Assembly: GCF_001194135.2 (NCBI RefSeq)
Contig: NC_068983.1
Span: 141,412,752 to 141,453,445, forward strand
Length of the DNA: 40,694 nucleotides
Source: Octopus bimaculoides
Taxonomy: Eukaryota
Direction of reading: 5' to 3'
Positions 11,970 to 23,891 of this stretch are shown piece after piece (within the stretch, counting starts at the first letter, position 1; each line of letters opens with the position of its first letter). Both the position numbers and the translations under genes were made by a program. The notes beneath the pieces were generated by a model, which did not search any database, was not told where the DNA came from, and saw nothing but the letters and a program-made list of their open reading frames with translations.

Positions 11970-12591
11970 GTATGTATAAAATTTTGTATCTGAACATTGT
12001 AGAATTTATAATTATCTTTGATGCTGAAAGCGGCGTAGATTTCAAAGCAGTAATAGTGTAAGAACTGCTTTAGTTTCAGAATCATGCTGTAAAAGAAAAC
12101 TAACTGTGAATTATTGAATTAGTATATAATTAAAATGTAATAAATTATTGAATAATGTAATAACGCGTAATTATTTTGAAAAGGCATTAAAATGTTCTTT
12201 GGTGTCGTGTTAAGTAGCTGAAATGAGTTCAAAGTTTTAAATTAATCTATCCAAAAGACGATAAACTCATACATTTTCAAATTTATAATAGTTACATTTT
12301 CACACTTAAAATAGTGTACTGTTTTAACGGCCGACAAAATTGAATGGTCTGATTCTCAGTACATTAGATTCAGATTTTAGGAAATTCTAATTAGTTATAA
12401 ATATATGTAAATATTATTAAAACATTTTTGACACACACAACATAAATCACTATTAAAATATTTGGGAAATATACTTATGCAATTATTACAATATTCATCA
12501 TCTGGAATAAACGAATAAAATCATATATATGTAATACGAAATGTTTAATGACATGGAACTAATTTATCTTATTTTTACTTTTCCTTTCAAG

Positions 12592-12612
12592 TCCGAAAAC
12601 CACCAGCGCCAA
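12592..12612 (+). CDS. 21-nt phase-1 microexon (V-R-K-P-P-A-P)
   Basis: ttttcctttcaAG|tccgaaaaccaccagcgccaa|GTAAGT with aCTAAT upstream; in frame after VWA1 (G+TC=Val). Confidence 0.8.
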
Positions 12613-12773
12613 GTAAGTATCTGCCGACTTGTTACTGCACTATCAGTGAATAAGCGTTTCTATTTATATTTTGATAGTTCTTACAATTATCAGTCCAACC
12701 GACTAGATATTATGGACGTTAAACAGGAATTCCCTTACTGATTCCACTCCTTCGTCTACACATTTTACAAATG

Positions 12774-12819
<46 letters not shown>

Positions 12820-13078
12820 GCCACCACCACTACTACTACCACCACCGCCACAACTACTACGACGACGACAACTACTACTACTATAGACTTATAGACACGA
12901 GTTAAACTATTGGGAAATAATACATATTTCTTTTTTATATTGTTATTAATTTAACCTTTATTTAATGGTTTGCTGAGTGAATTCTACGCATCTTATTCCG
13001 ATATGTTTTCTTCTAATCAAACTTAAAATTAAGTAAATCCACTTGAATTCCAGGACCTTCGCATCGTAGCATATTTTG

Positions 13079-13360
13079 CTGTGGCTAATTGGTTAAGGTA
13101 ACCGGCTTACGACCGTACGGACGTGAGTTCGATTCTCGGCGACCATTTGTGTCCTTAAGCAAGGCATTTTATTTCAAATTTGCAAAAATGAGTTGTGCCT
13201 GTGATTCAAAGGGCCAGCCTTGTCACATTTTCTGTCACACTGAATCTCTCTGAAAACTATGTTAAGGGTACCCGCATCTGTGGATTGCTCGGCCACTTGC
13301 ATGTTAATTTCATGAGCATGCTGTTACATCGATCGGATCAACTGGAACTCTCGACGTCGT
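13079..13360 (+). mobile_element. tRNA-derived SINE (paralog of the 8560 copy inside the duplication)
   Basis: Same head as 8560; 3' body shared with the 9331 family (…gatcaactggaac…cgacgtcgt). Confidence 0.8.
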
Positions 13361-15490
13361 ATGTATGTATGTATGTTGCTTATTTTGATATATATACATA
13401 CATACATACANNNNNNNNNNNNNNNNNNNNNNNNNNNNNNNNNNNNNNNNNNNNNNNNNNNNNNNNNNNNNNNNNNNNNNNNNNNNNNNNNNNNNNNNNN
13501 NNNNNNNNNNNNNNNNNNNNNNNNNNNNNNNNNNNNNNNNNNNNNNNNNNNNNNNNNNNNNNNNNNNNNNNNNNNNNNNNNNNNNNNNNNNNNNNNNNNN
13601 NNNNNNNNNNNNNNNNNNNNNNNNNNNNNNNNNNNNNNNNNNNNNNNNNNNNNNNNNNNNNNNNNNNNNNNNNNNNNNNNNNNNNNNNNNNNNNNNNNNN
13701 NNNNNNNNNNNNNNNNNNNNNNNNNNNNNNNNNNNNNNNNNNNNNNNNNNNNNNNNNNNNNNNNNNNNNNNNNNNNNNNNNNNNNNNNNNNNNNNNNNNN
13801 NNNNNNNNNNNNNNNNNNNNNNNNNNNNNNNNNNNNNNNNNNNNNNNNNNNNNNNNNNNNNNNNNNNNNNNNNNNNNNNNNNNNNNNNNNNNNNNNNNNN
13901 NNNNNNNNNNNNNNNNNNNNNNNNNNNNNNNNNNNNNNNNNNNNNNNNNNNNNNNNNNNNNNNNNNNNNNNNNNNNNNNNNNNNNNNNNNNNNNNNNNNN
14001 NNNNNNNNNNNNNNNNNNNNNNNNNNNNNNNNNNNNNNNNNNNNNNNNNNNNNNNNNNNNNNNNNNNNNNNNNNNNNNNNNNNNNNNNNNNNNTAGCAAG
14101 AGTAAATTATATAGAAGTAATTGTCCATAAAAAAGAGGTAGGGTAGGTTTGACTTTAATTCGTGATGTTATTACCAGGTAAATGGGCAAAGCACAATGAA
14201 ATTTAAGATGCTATAATGAGATACAGGGAAAATATTAGGGCCTCGATGGGTGAACGTTTATAAGCAATGTCATTATGTTGTATAAAAATAAAATAAAATT
14301 TTGAAAATAAATCAACGAAATGATATCATAACCAAAATAGCTAAGAAGTGTGTATGTATCAATTATAAACATTAAAAGGAAGATTACTATTATGTAGGAT
14401 CAATTTAATACCTCTTCTTTACTTAATTAATTTTTTGGTGGTCTGTATAAAGACTATTCAAGCCAATTACATATGGAATATCTGTAAAGATATACATACT
14501 ATTTATTGATTTGAAGCAATGAGTCAGAAGCAGGATAATAAGATAAAGATAATACATAGACATAATTAAATATAAATATACTAGAAAATGTGTAATGATA
14601 AAAGTAAGCGTAATAGTATAAAAATAATGCATACAGATACATACACAAAAAGAGGTTTTATACACACACACACACACACATACACATATATATATGTATA
14701 TATGCATATATACATATACACAAATATATATACGCTTGTATAAAAGAATATAGCATAAATATTTTGCATAAACATAAGTAACTGAAAAATATTAATTTAA
14801 GAACAAGAAAAATAACAATTTATAAAGGATAAGAGATTTATTAGGTAAGCATACTAAGATAAGAAAATAAAATAATATGAATTTATAGAAAATAATAACA
14901 AACACATATAAAATACATATAAAGAGACAGGGGATTAAAATTAAAGGCAGGAAAAGATTAAGGTAACCTAAAAAAGGAAGCAATATGTATAGAAGTAATG
15001 AGGGCAGTTAAAGGTATTCAAAACGAGGTTTTATAACTTGTAATATTACACGTTTTATTTTATGTATGATTGTATTGTTCCTAGGGAGTATAAAATTTAG
15101 TAAAGGGAGACTTACTATCACAAAATCACTACAGATATACATAATATGACTGGTAGATTAGAAATTCATAGAAGGAAAAAAATAGTATACTCACCAAAAT
15201 AGGATGAGATCAGATTCACTAGGCAGGGGTTATGAGTGGACAATAATACATATAGTACACCATGTAACATAACACACCGCATATAACATATGTAATGTAA
15301 TACATTATACCATATTACATAATATCCTATATTTTATACTAGAGGCTAAGTTATAATGGACATGACACCAGAGTTAATTTCCACCATCAAGTTTCAAGTA
15401 TGATAAGTGTAATATTATTAGTTTTGAAAATACTTAAATGTGCGGTGATGCTATGCAGGCAAAATACCCTTAGATCTGATCTATTATTAA

Positions 15491-15870
15491 TCAAGTTTTT
15501 CTTGTGTCTGTACTCTTAAAAATCTCATAAACTTCCATACAGCAAAGCTCACATCCATATTGACTACCTCTATAAGGCTGTGCCTTCCGTATTATATCCC
15601 ATTTAAGGCTAAATCCGGTAACCACTTTCTTTAAGTTCCCAGATCTTACAAGATAAAGACGTTCTATTAGCTTTATGTCTAAGTCTAAACAATGAAAATG
15701 GTTATTAATACGTTTTTTCAGTTTTTTCGAACGCCCAGTATATATAAAATTACCAGCTTCAGTCACAGTTGTACATCTATAAACTACCTTTTGGATTAAA
15801 CATCGAACTAAAAACGGGCAATGGAATTTAACTCTACAATTGCTACTGAGAGTTTCAATACTATTAATAT
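15491..15870 (-). mobile_element. Penelope-like element GIY-YIG endonuclease fragment
   Basis: CPFLVRCLIQKVVYRC...FIYTGRSKKLKKRINNH...LKWDIIRKAQPY...CELCCMEVYEI: GIY-YIG variant (VVY/YTG, R..H) with the CPxxxxC and W-x-I...PY...CxLC pattern of PLE endonucleases. Confidence 0.8.
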
Positions 15871-15889
15871 TATTGATATTCCTATCATT

Positions 15890-15932
15890 GTTAATATTAT
15901 TATCAATATTATTATAATCATCATCATCATCA

Positions 15933-15999
<67 letters not shown>

Positions 16000-16035
16000 G
16001 CCCACTACTACTACTACTACTACTACTATAATAAT
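15890..16035. repeat. (ATT)n/(ATC)n/(ACT)n compound microsatellite
   Basis: Direct reading; representative of many (TA)n, (CA)n, (GAT)n, (CTA)n and (TATG)n tracts in the window (e.g. 19385-19520, 29650-29870, 38050-38185). Confidence 0.95.
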
Positions 16036-16419
16036 TATCGGCATTATTATTGTTATGTCTCAAGCTACTGCTATCTAGCACCTTCGGATGATCTCTGCTC
16101 AACCGCTACACGACGGCTACTCAACTGTCAGTCCATTGTCAGTCAACCCCTACCACGGTCAGACTACCTCTATTTATATGTCTTGGTCGAGCCTACTTCT
16201 TCGCTTGGGGGCCTCGAAACAACAATTATTACTGTTATTATTTATACTTGCTTCTACCATAGTATCATTTAAATTCATCTCAGTATCATCAGGTACTGCG
16301 TCAGTAATACCTGGGCTAGTATAAACATCGGAGTTACAGTTTATATTTTATGCATTAAATGTATTAGTTCTGCTGTTCCTGATTCCTACATCTCCATTAC
16401 TATTATCATTACAGGAGTT

Positions 16420-16469
<50 letters not shown>

Positions 16470-17481
16470 NNNNNNNNNNNNNNNNNNNNNNNNNNNNNNN
16501 NNNNNNNNNNNNNNNNNNNNNNNNNNNNNNNNNNNNNNNNNNNNNNNNNNNNNNNNNNNNNNNNNNNNNNNNNNNNNNNNNNNNNNNNNNNNNNNNNNNN
16601 NNNNNNNNNNNNNNNNNNNNNNNNNNNNNNNNNNNNNNNNNNNNNNNNNNNNNNNNNNNNNNNNNNNNNNNNNNNNNNNNNNNNNNNNNNNNNNNNNNNN
16701 NNNNNNNNNNNNNNNNNNNNNNNNNNNNNNNNNNNNNNNNNNNNNNNNNNNNNNNNNNNNNNNNNNNNNNNNNNNNNNNNNNNNNNNNNNNNNNNNNNNN
16801 NNNNNNNNNNNNNNNNNNNNNNNNNNNNNNNNNNNNNNNNNNNNNNNNNNNNNNNNNNNNNNNNNNNNNNNNNNNNNNNNNNNNNNNNNNNNNNNNNNNN
16901 NNNNNNNNNNNNNNNNNNNNNNNNNNNNNNNNNNNNNNNNNNNNNNNNNNNNNNNNNNNNNNNNNNNNNNNNNNNNNNNNNNNNNNNNNNNNNNNNNNNN
17001 NNNNNNNNNNNNNNNNNNNNNNNNNNNNNNNNNNNNNNNNNNNNNNNNNNNNNNNNNNNNNNNNNNNNNNNNNNNNNNNNNNNNNNNNNNNNNNNNNNNN
17101 NNNNNNNNNNNNNNNNNNNNNNNNNNNNNNNNNNNNNNNNNNNNNNNNNNNNNNNNTATATATTTATATTTATATATTTGATCCTTTATATTGAACACTC
17201 AATATTTCATCTACATTCAATACTTTCTTTCATGGTGCCATCCATTTCATTTTATTTTATTTTATATTATATATTGTATATTATATCATGTGTTGTGTGT
17301 TCCATATTCTATGCCCCACGTTGGATCTGCAGGAGTGTAGGTGAAACATAAAGGGCAGACAGTGTTGGAACTCTTTTAAACAAAATAATATATTCCTCTA
17401 TACACAATCATACAAAAAAAACCACCTTTTTTGTATTTGTTTTTACTCGCATATATATATATATGTATATACATATATACG

Positions 17482-17632
17482 ACGGGCCTCTCAGTTTCCG
17501 TCTACCAAATCCACTCACAAGGCTTTGGTCAGCCCAAGGCTATAGTAGAAGACACTTGCCCAAAGTGCTACGCTGTGGGACTGAACCTGGTCGTTAGGCA
17601 AGCTACTTACCACATAGCCACTCCTACGCCTA
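17482..17632 (-). mobile_element. SINE 5' half (tRNA-like head plus central motif)
   Basis: Reverse complement reads aggcgtaggagtggctatgtggtaag...ggttcagtccc...ttgggcaagtgtcttctactatagcc; related fragments at about 24570-24660 and 30950-31085. Confidence 0.7.
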
Positions 17633-18602
17633 TGAGTAGGATAGTACGAGATGCGGGAAAATAGCAAACTTTTTCTGCAAACTACTACATTAGAATCTGC
17701 ACCAGACACCAGCTTTAAGTTACCGAGTTTTCATTTATATATCATTACATTATTCTTTAGAATAACTATTGATATATAAAATATTTTTCAGCAACAACTC
17801 TTTGTTGGTGCTTTCTCACGTGGTATGCGATCAAACAGTCCGATGATGGCTTAGCTAGCCTAAACTTCGAAGTCTCAGACAAAAAAATTTATGCATGAGA
17901 AACACACACACACACACACATAGCAACAATAACATAGGAATGGGAAATCATAGGATTTATTAATGCATCACAATACATATTTCTACACCAAACACTAGCA
18001 TTAATGACGCATATGTTGCGATGTATTAATAAAGCCTACGAATTTCCATGAAGATAATTTTATTGCTATTGTTATATTTATCCTAAGCTGAAAGTTGTTT
18101 TACGTGTATACACATCCTATGGGGTTATCCTGGAAGATGGAATTAACAGGTGGTACCGACAAGTGACATAGGAGCTTTTAAGTGTGTATTGTGAGGATTT
18201 TTGCCCAAACTAAGCAATTACTATGCGCGTATGTGTGCGTACGTGTTTGTGCGTGTGCGTGTGCGTGTGTGCGTGTGTGTTTGCATTTATGTATTAGTTA
18301 TGTATTTACAGATTATACAATACTATACAGGCTATATTATAGCATTCACAAGTAATCTACAAATACGCTACAGTAGCCAGGATCATATGCAAAAACTTAA
18401 AAACATATGCACATATATATAAACGCTATCATATAGTTATATTTATGTAATTTGAGGGATATATTCAAGGAGGAAAATGTGAAACATAGTATCTTAAGTA
18501 CTCTATATAATTAAATTTTTGTATTTATTGTAACAAATCATGACATTTAACTAATTTACTTTTTCTTCCCTTTACAAACATCTTCAACAAAAATGACAAC
18601 AG

Positions 18603-18608
18603 TAAAAA
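18603..18608 (+). CDS. 6-nt phase-1 microexon (I-K)
   Basis: aCTAAT, pyrimidine tract, AG-free spacer, then acAG|taaaaa|GTGAGT. This is the first AG after the branch site, and it is in frame between the 12592 microexon and VWA2. The flanks are homologous to those at 39156. Confidence 0.6.
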
Positions 18609-18714
18609 GTGAGTATCTGCCTAACATCTCTTTAATATTTTTTTCTCTTTTAATTCACGTTTTGCTGATACGTTTCTAGTTCTAAATTCATTCTGGTTCA
18701 CCACACACAAAATA

Positions 18715-18764
<50 letters not shown>

Positions 18765-19189
18765 TTAATACAATTGCTACTACTATAAAGTGGGTTATTG
18801 AAGAATAGATTTCAGAAAACAATTAAAAATTATTCCGTTTACATATTTGTTTTGCAAGATTTTTGATGTGAAATCGTGTGTTGAAACAGATGTTGTTGTA
18901 CTTGGGGATGGTCATATTGCCAGTTTAGCCAATAAAAACACACGCACTGTATATTTGGTGTTAATTTGCTTCAGCTTTATATTACATTAATCTTAATCTT
19001 ATTTCGGCCAGAGTTCTTTCGTCACACTTCTGTGACCTCATCAGTGGTCCTTTGTTTCCTTCCTTCTTATGTGTGTCTCACCTTGCTAAATATCAGCCAT
19101 GTTTATTATAAAGATATAACGCCATCAGTAACACTAACAGAAAGTACTGCTTGAGAAATCAACAACAATATCAATAATAATCCTTTCTA

Positions 19190-19378
19190 CTAAAAGCACA
19201 AGCCCTGAAATTTGGAGGGAGGGGACTAGTCGATTCCAGTGACCCCAGTGTTTCACTGGTACTTAATCTATCGACCTCGAAAGACAAAGTCGGCCTTGGC
19301 AGAATTTGAACTTATAAAGGTAGCAACGGGTGAAATACCGCTAAGCATTTCGTCCAGCGGCCTAACGATTCTACCCTC
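19190..19378 (+). mobile_element. Short interspersed repeat (second abundant family)
   Basis: aggcacaag/ccctgaaattt...agtcgatt...gaccccagt...ctggtactta...tcgacc...aaagtcg.cct.ggc.gaatttgaact; related copies at about 2865-3002(-), 23045-23405(+, two in tandem), 24940-25150(+), 28670-28965(-). Confidence 0.7.
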
Positions 19379-19393
19379 AATATTGATGATGAC

Positions 19394-19519
<126 letters not shown>

Positions 19520-19900
19520 AATCAAGACAAAATGCCTTCTAATCCATGTACCAATCCCAACGGATGACAATGTGTCTCTAAAACAAACGGTTAAATTCTG
19601 GAAATAGATATAACCCGAATGTTGAGTCTTAAATCAGAAAGACTCCCTATAATGACATATGCATTAGGCAAGATTTTAAAATATACAGACCAATATATAA
19701 CCGAAACACCAGGACTTACAAATATATATCACACACAAATAATAGTACTACTCGGAATCGCACACAACCTACGTAAAGTACTCTCAATAAAGAGAAAATA
19801 ACAACAACAAACCACACTACACACCCAAGGCTCTTAGAACAGCGCTCGGTAGTGCAATGGAAGCCCGTGAGAAAATTTATTATCATTATTATTATAATAA
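19520..19900 (+). mobile_element. 5'-truncated R4/Dong-like non-LTR retrotransposon 3' end (RLE C-terminus plus 3'UTR)
   Basis: KTKCLLIHVPIPTDDNVSLK... and ...LGKILKYTDQYITETPGLTNIYHTQIIVLLGIAHNLRKVLS; homologous to the 40413-40637 copy; ends in (ATT/AAT)n. Confidence 0.8.
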
Positions 19901-19959
19901 TATTCCTACATTATTTACATTTGACGGATATTTGTCCCCATCTTGTTTGTTGAACACAT

Positions 19960-21190
19960 GGCTGTTTTCTTAATGCGATACAGCGCAGGTGTTGTTAGGT
20001 GGACAATGAACGAGCTTGAGGAAATGGATAGGAAGACTAGAAAAGTGATGACAATTAACAAGGAACTACACCCAAAAGCAATACTGACAGACTGTATGTG
20101 CCTAGAAACAGAGGTGGAAGAGGTCTCATAGGATGCAAGATCTGTGTTGTCAACGGGAAGAGCAGTCTGGGATGGTACATCAAACAGCAAAGTGAATCCT
20201 TGCTTGCCGCTGTTAGAATTAACAATATAATACCTACCGAAAATGTGATGTACCTACAAACATTTAAGAAAGAAGAAAGAGTAAATAACTGGAAAATGAA
20301 ACCACTGCATGGAAAATACATCAGAGAAATTGAAGGAAAAGACAAGACCAACACTTGGAGATGGCTAAGAAAAAGTGGTCTGAAAGGATGCACTGAGGCA
20401 TTTATATGCAGCGCCAAGGAACTAGCTCTGAGAACTAATTACACCAAGTTCTAAATACATAAGAGTAGTGGATCGCCCCTTTGTAGGATGTGTGGCAATA
20501 GAAATGAAACAATCTCACATATTGTGGGTGAGTGTAGCAAGCTGGCCCAAAAGTATTGCAAAAGGAGGCACGATAACATGGCTAAGTTCGTCCACTGGAG
20601 GCTATGTAAAAGGTATGGCCTGAAAAGAGCACAGAAATGGTACGAACATGAACCAGAAGGAGTCACCGAGAACAAGGAACATAAGATACTGCGAGATTTT
20701 ACAGTCCAATGTGACTCCCTAATCGAGGCTCGGAGACCGGATATTGTTGTGGTAATTAAAGGAAAAAAGAAATCAAGATCATAGATTTTGCAATCCCTGG
20801 AGATCCACGCATCAGTGACAAAGACCTAGAAAAGATTGAAAAGTACAGACTACTAGAAGACGAAATTGCAAGAATGTGGACTTGTCTGTCATTCCAGTAG
20901 TTGTAGGGGACACACGGAGTACAAAAAGCCAAGTTCGAGAATTATATCAAAGAAATCGGAATTGAGAGGATAGCAAACCCCCAAAACTGTCCTGTTTGGG
21001 ACAGTTAGGATTTTGAGATTGGTACTTGGATGCTGAATGTCTCCCACGATAATTAGCAACCAACTATGAAAGCTTATAATGTGCGGAAAGAGAACCTGTG
21101 CGACCTCTGACAGCAGGCTCATGTCCGCTCTCACAAAATCTACTAGAACAAACAAGACAACCTTCTGAGATGTAAACGATAATAGTAATA
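19960..21190 (+). mobile_element. Decayed R4/Dong-like LINE: RT C-terminus, CCHC knuckle and restriction-like endonuclease
   Basis: ...MDRKTRKVMT...HPK; PRNRGGRGL; W..KPLHGKY; CRMCGNRNETISHIVGEC; RRHDN; RPDIVV...IIDFAIP; EKIEKY; several stops and frameshifts. Confidence 0.88.
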
Positions 21191-21799
21191 ATCATTTCTA
21201 TGAAATTGAATATCAGATGATCTTTTGTTCGACTAACGAATTTTGCGATCACATCAATACTAATATTTATGATAATAAGAATAAGATATATCACCGCCAC
21301 CATAAAGTGGTATGGTTCAGTAGTAATCACTATGTTTTGGATAATTATTATAGGTACACATATAGTTGGATGCAGTTACTACATCAGCCTTTCCATAACT
21401 AAGCCAGCTGACTATTAAAGATGTGATACCCAGAGAGAGAGAGAGAGAGATATTACAGTGGTCCTTGGTTGGAAGTAATTTCTACATTTCTAGTTACGTA
21501 GAGTGGTGTAACCTAAAATCAAATATTTACTCAAGAACGGAACACTCCACGCAGTCCAGTAATGCAACACATTATATTCGTGAGCCCAACAATCTCTCTA
21601 CTGGCGACGAACCTTCATAACCATACTAATTACAAGAATGGTCATTGCTATATATATGTCTTAGTAATTCATCTTCTCAAAAATACTAATAAAATAAATA
21701 CACCATTACGCGGAATTTCAACTTGAAAATCTCAAAATGCTATCATTTACACTATTCTTGGAATAACTCAGATATCAAATATGTATCTTTCTTTTGTAG

Positions 21800-21884
21800 G
21801 TTGTGATAAGGCAGTTGCTGATGTTATGCTCGTCTTGGATGATTCTGGCAGTGTTGGATCTAAGAACTTCGCGAAAGTGAAAAG
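21800..21884 (+). CDS. 5' part of a second VWA exon (rest lost in a 100-N gap)
   Basis: cttttgtAG|gttgtgataag...; translates CDKAVADVMLVLDDSGSVGSKNFAKVK; 80/85 nt identical to the start of VWA1; truncated by N at 21885. Confidence 0.88.
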
Positions 21885-22113
21885 NNNNNNNNNNNNNNNN
21901 NNNNNNNNNNNNNNNNNNNNNNNNNNNNNNNNNNNNNNNNNNNNNNNNNNNNNNNNNNNNNNNNNNNNNNNNNNNNNNNNNNNNGGAAACATATTCAAGT
22001 ATTCATTATCCAATTATTAAAATATTCATAATCTGGAATAGATTTGTATAGTTGTAATACGAAATATTTATGACAAGGAACTAATTCATTATATTTTTAC
22101 TTTTCATTTCCAG

Positions 22114-22128
22114 TGCCACCAGTGCTAA
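22114..22128 (+). CDS. 15-nt phase-1 microexon (V-P-P-V-L)
   Basis: aCTAAT...ttttcatttccAG|tgccaccagtgctaa|GTAAGT; flanks homologous to the 8067 and 12592 microexons; in frame into the VWD exon (A+TT=Ile). Confidence 0.75.
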   Translation, partial: CHQC

Positions 22129-22340
22129 GTAAGTATCTCCTGACTTAATATTTTGAGTGTTTCTATTTACCTTTACATGTCTCACAATTAAATTTTCCAA
22201 CCAAATAGAAATTCATTTTACTCTTTCCACTGCTACTACGTATTTTACAACTACTCCGCTACTACTACCATCACTACCACCACCNNNNNNNNNNNNNNNN
22301 NNNNNNNNNNNNNNNNNNNNNNNNNNNNNNNNNNNNNNNN

Positions 22341-22385
<45 letters not shown>

Positions 22386-23637
22386 TTAGACACTAGTTCT
22401 TATGGCTTCTGACCTTGTCTGATTGGAGGTGTTATCATCTACATTGTTTGGTCTTTGTATAAAAGATGGACTACAGCTTATATTCTGCTGAATACCAGAG
22501 ATTTGCTTGTCAGTTGTTTGACCTTAATCACTTAAGCATGTCCCTTAATTGCTGACGATATATGCATCTCTGATAACGAGCACAAGTAGTGGGGTAGCAT
22601 CATAGCCATGTATTAAGGGGAATTCTTTGAGCTTTGGATAATTCACCGCTNNNNNNNNNNNNGTTTCATTCAACATCCCTAAACAACTCTTATTCAGAGG
22701 CATTTTGACCGGGTTGGACTATACGACCTGTTGCAAATTCTAACTGGGTTACACCTGCAAGGTCATACGCTGTTTATCCTCATGTGAGATAACCATGTCG
22801 TGCATGTATTGTTGCGATGCATGTGCCTGGTGTACCATTATCATACAGGTAGTCATGTTGGGGTTTCGTATATTTTACCCCAGTGTCACTTTGATGGCAT
22901 GCACTTTTACATATCATATTCTAACGGTGTTAGCTTTGCATTTCTTCCATTTAATGTAATGAAATATAATATTACTCTAATAGTTTTCTCTGTATATTCG
23001 GCTAAATACACTCTCTGATTTTATGACATTGTGCATAAATCGTGCTTTCAAATATTGGTACAAAGCTAGCAAATTTGAGTAAGGTATAAATCAATTACAT
23101 TGACCCAGTGCTCACCTGATATTTCTTTCCTTGATCCCTAAATGATGAAAGGAAATGTCGACCTCGGCGGAAATAAAACTCGAACGTAAATACGAGAAAA
23201 GTGTCGCAAAGCACTTGGCCCAACATGCTAATGATTCTGCCAGCTCACTTTGCTTACAAATTAATTTCAAACTTTGGAATGAAGCCAGCAATTTTTGAGC
23301 AGGGGCGAGTCAATGACATTAATCACAGCGCTCAACATCTATTTATTTCAGCGACTCCTAAAGGTAGAAAGGCAAACTCGAACTCGGCGGAATTTGAGAC
23401 CTGCAGATGAAATAACAAAATGTGTTTTACAATTTAAAATGGTGTCACAGAAATTTACAAAATACTAGATGTGAATGATAGCATTTAATGAAAACAAATA
23501 TTAAATCGATATGATAGATGTGCATGTGAAGCGAAAGTATTTAGGTTTAATTTATTTATTGTCTTCTAATATTCTCGATACACAGACAATGCACTTTCAA
23601 ATGCTGAGTCAATACAATCATATTTATTTTGTTTCAG

Positions 23638-23891
23638 TTGCTACTAGACCTTGTGTATGTTCAGCATCTGGAGATCCTCATTACAAAACATTTGACGGTC
23701 AGATGATTCATTTTATGGGAACGTGTAAATACACACTGGCAACACCTCTCCCAGGAACTAAATTTCCGAATTTTAAAGTAGAAGTAAAAAATGAACATCG
23801 TGGAAGAAATAAGAGAGTATCTTATACACGTCTTGTCGATGTAAAGCTCGGTAACAACACGCTGCGCTTGCTACCAAGAAGAAGAATCACT
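23638..23891 (+). CDS. VWD domain exon, N-terminal part (GDPH motif), phase 1-0
   Basis: gtttcAG|ttgctact... to ...atcact|GTAAGA; translates ATRPCVCSASGDPHYKTFDGQMIHFMGTCKYTL...EVKNEHRG...VSYTRLVDV, the canonical start of an FCGBP/zonadhesin/mucin-type VWD. Confidence 0.93.

Larger units (their letters stand above)
12400..15020 (+). repeat. Intragenic segmental duplication, copy B
   Basis: Colinear near-identical match to 7835-11110; about 3% difference in the roughly 216 nt around the microexon that I compared base by base. Confidence 0.9.

Noticed and set aside
10930-14850. AG|GTAAGC zero-length exon-like sites at about 10938 and 14845
   Set aside because: They lie in a duplicated purine-rich repeat with no pyrimidine tract; no support for recursive splicing.
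17308-17360. Stem-GAAAC with flanking gccc/gggc, resembling a hammerhead
   Set aside because: The CUGANGA box matches only 3 of 7 positions.
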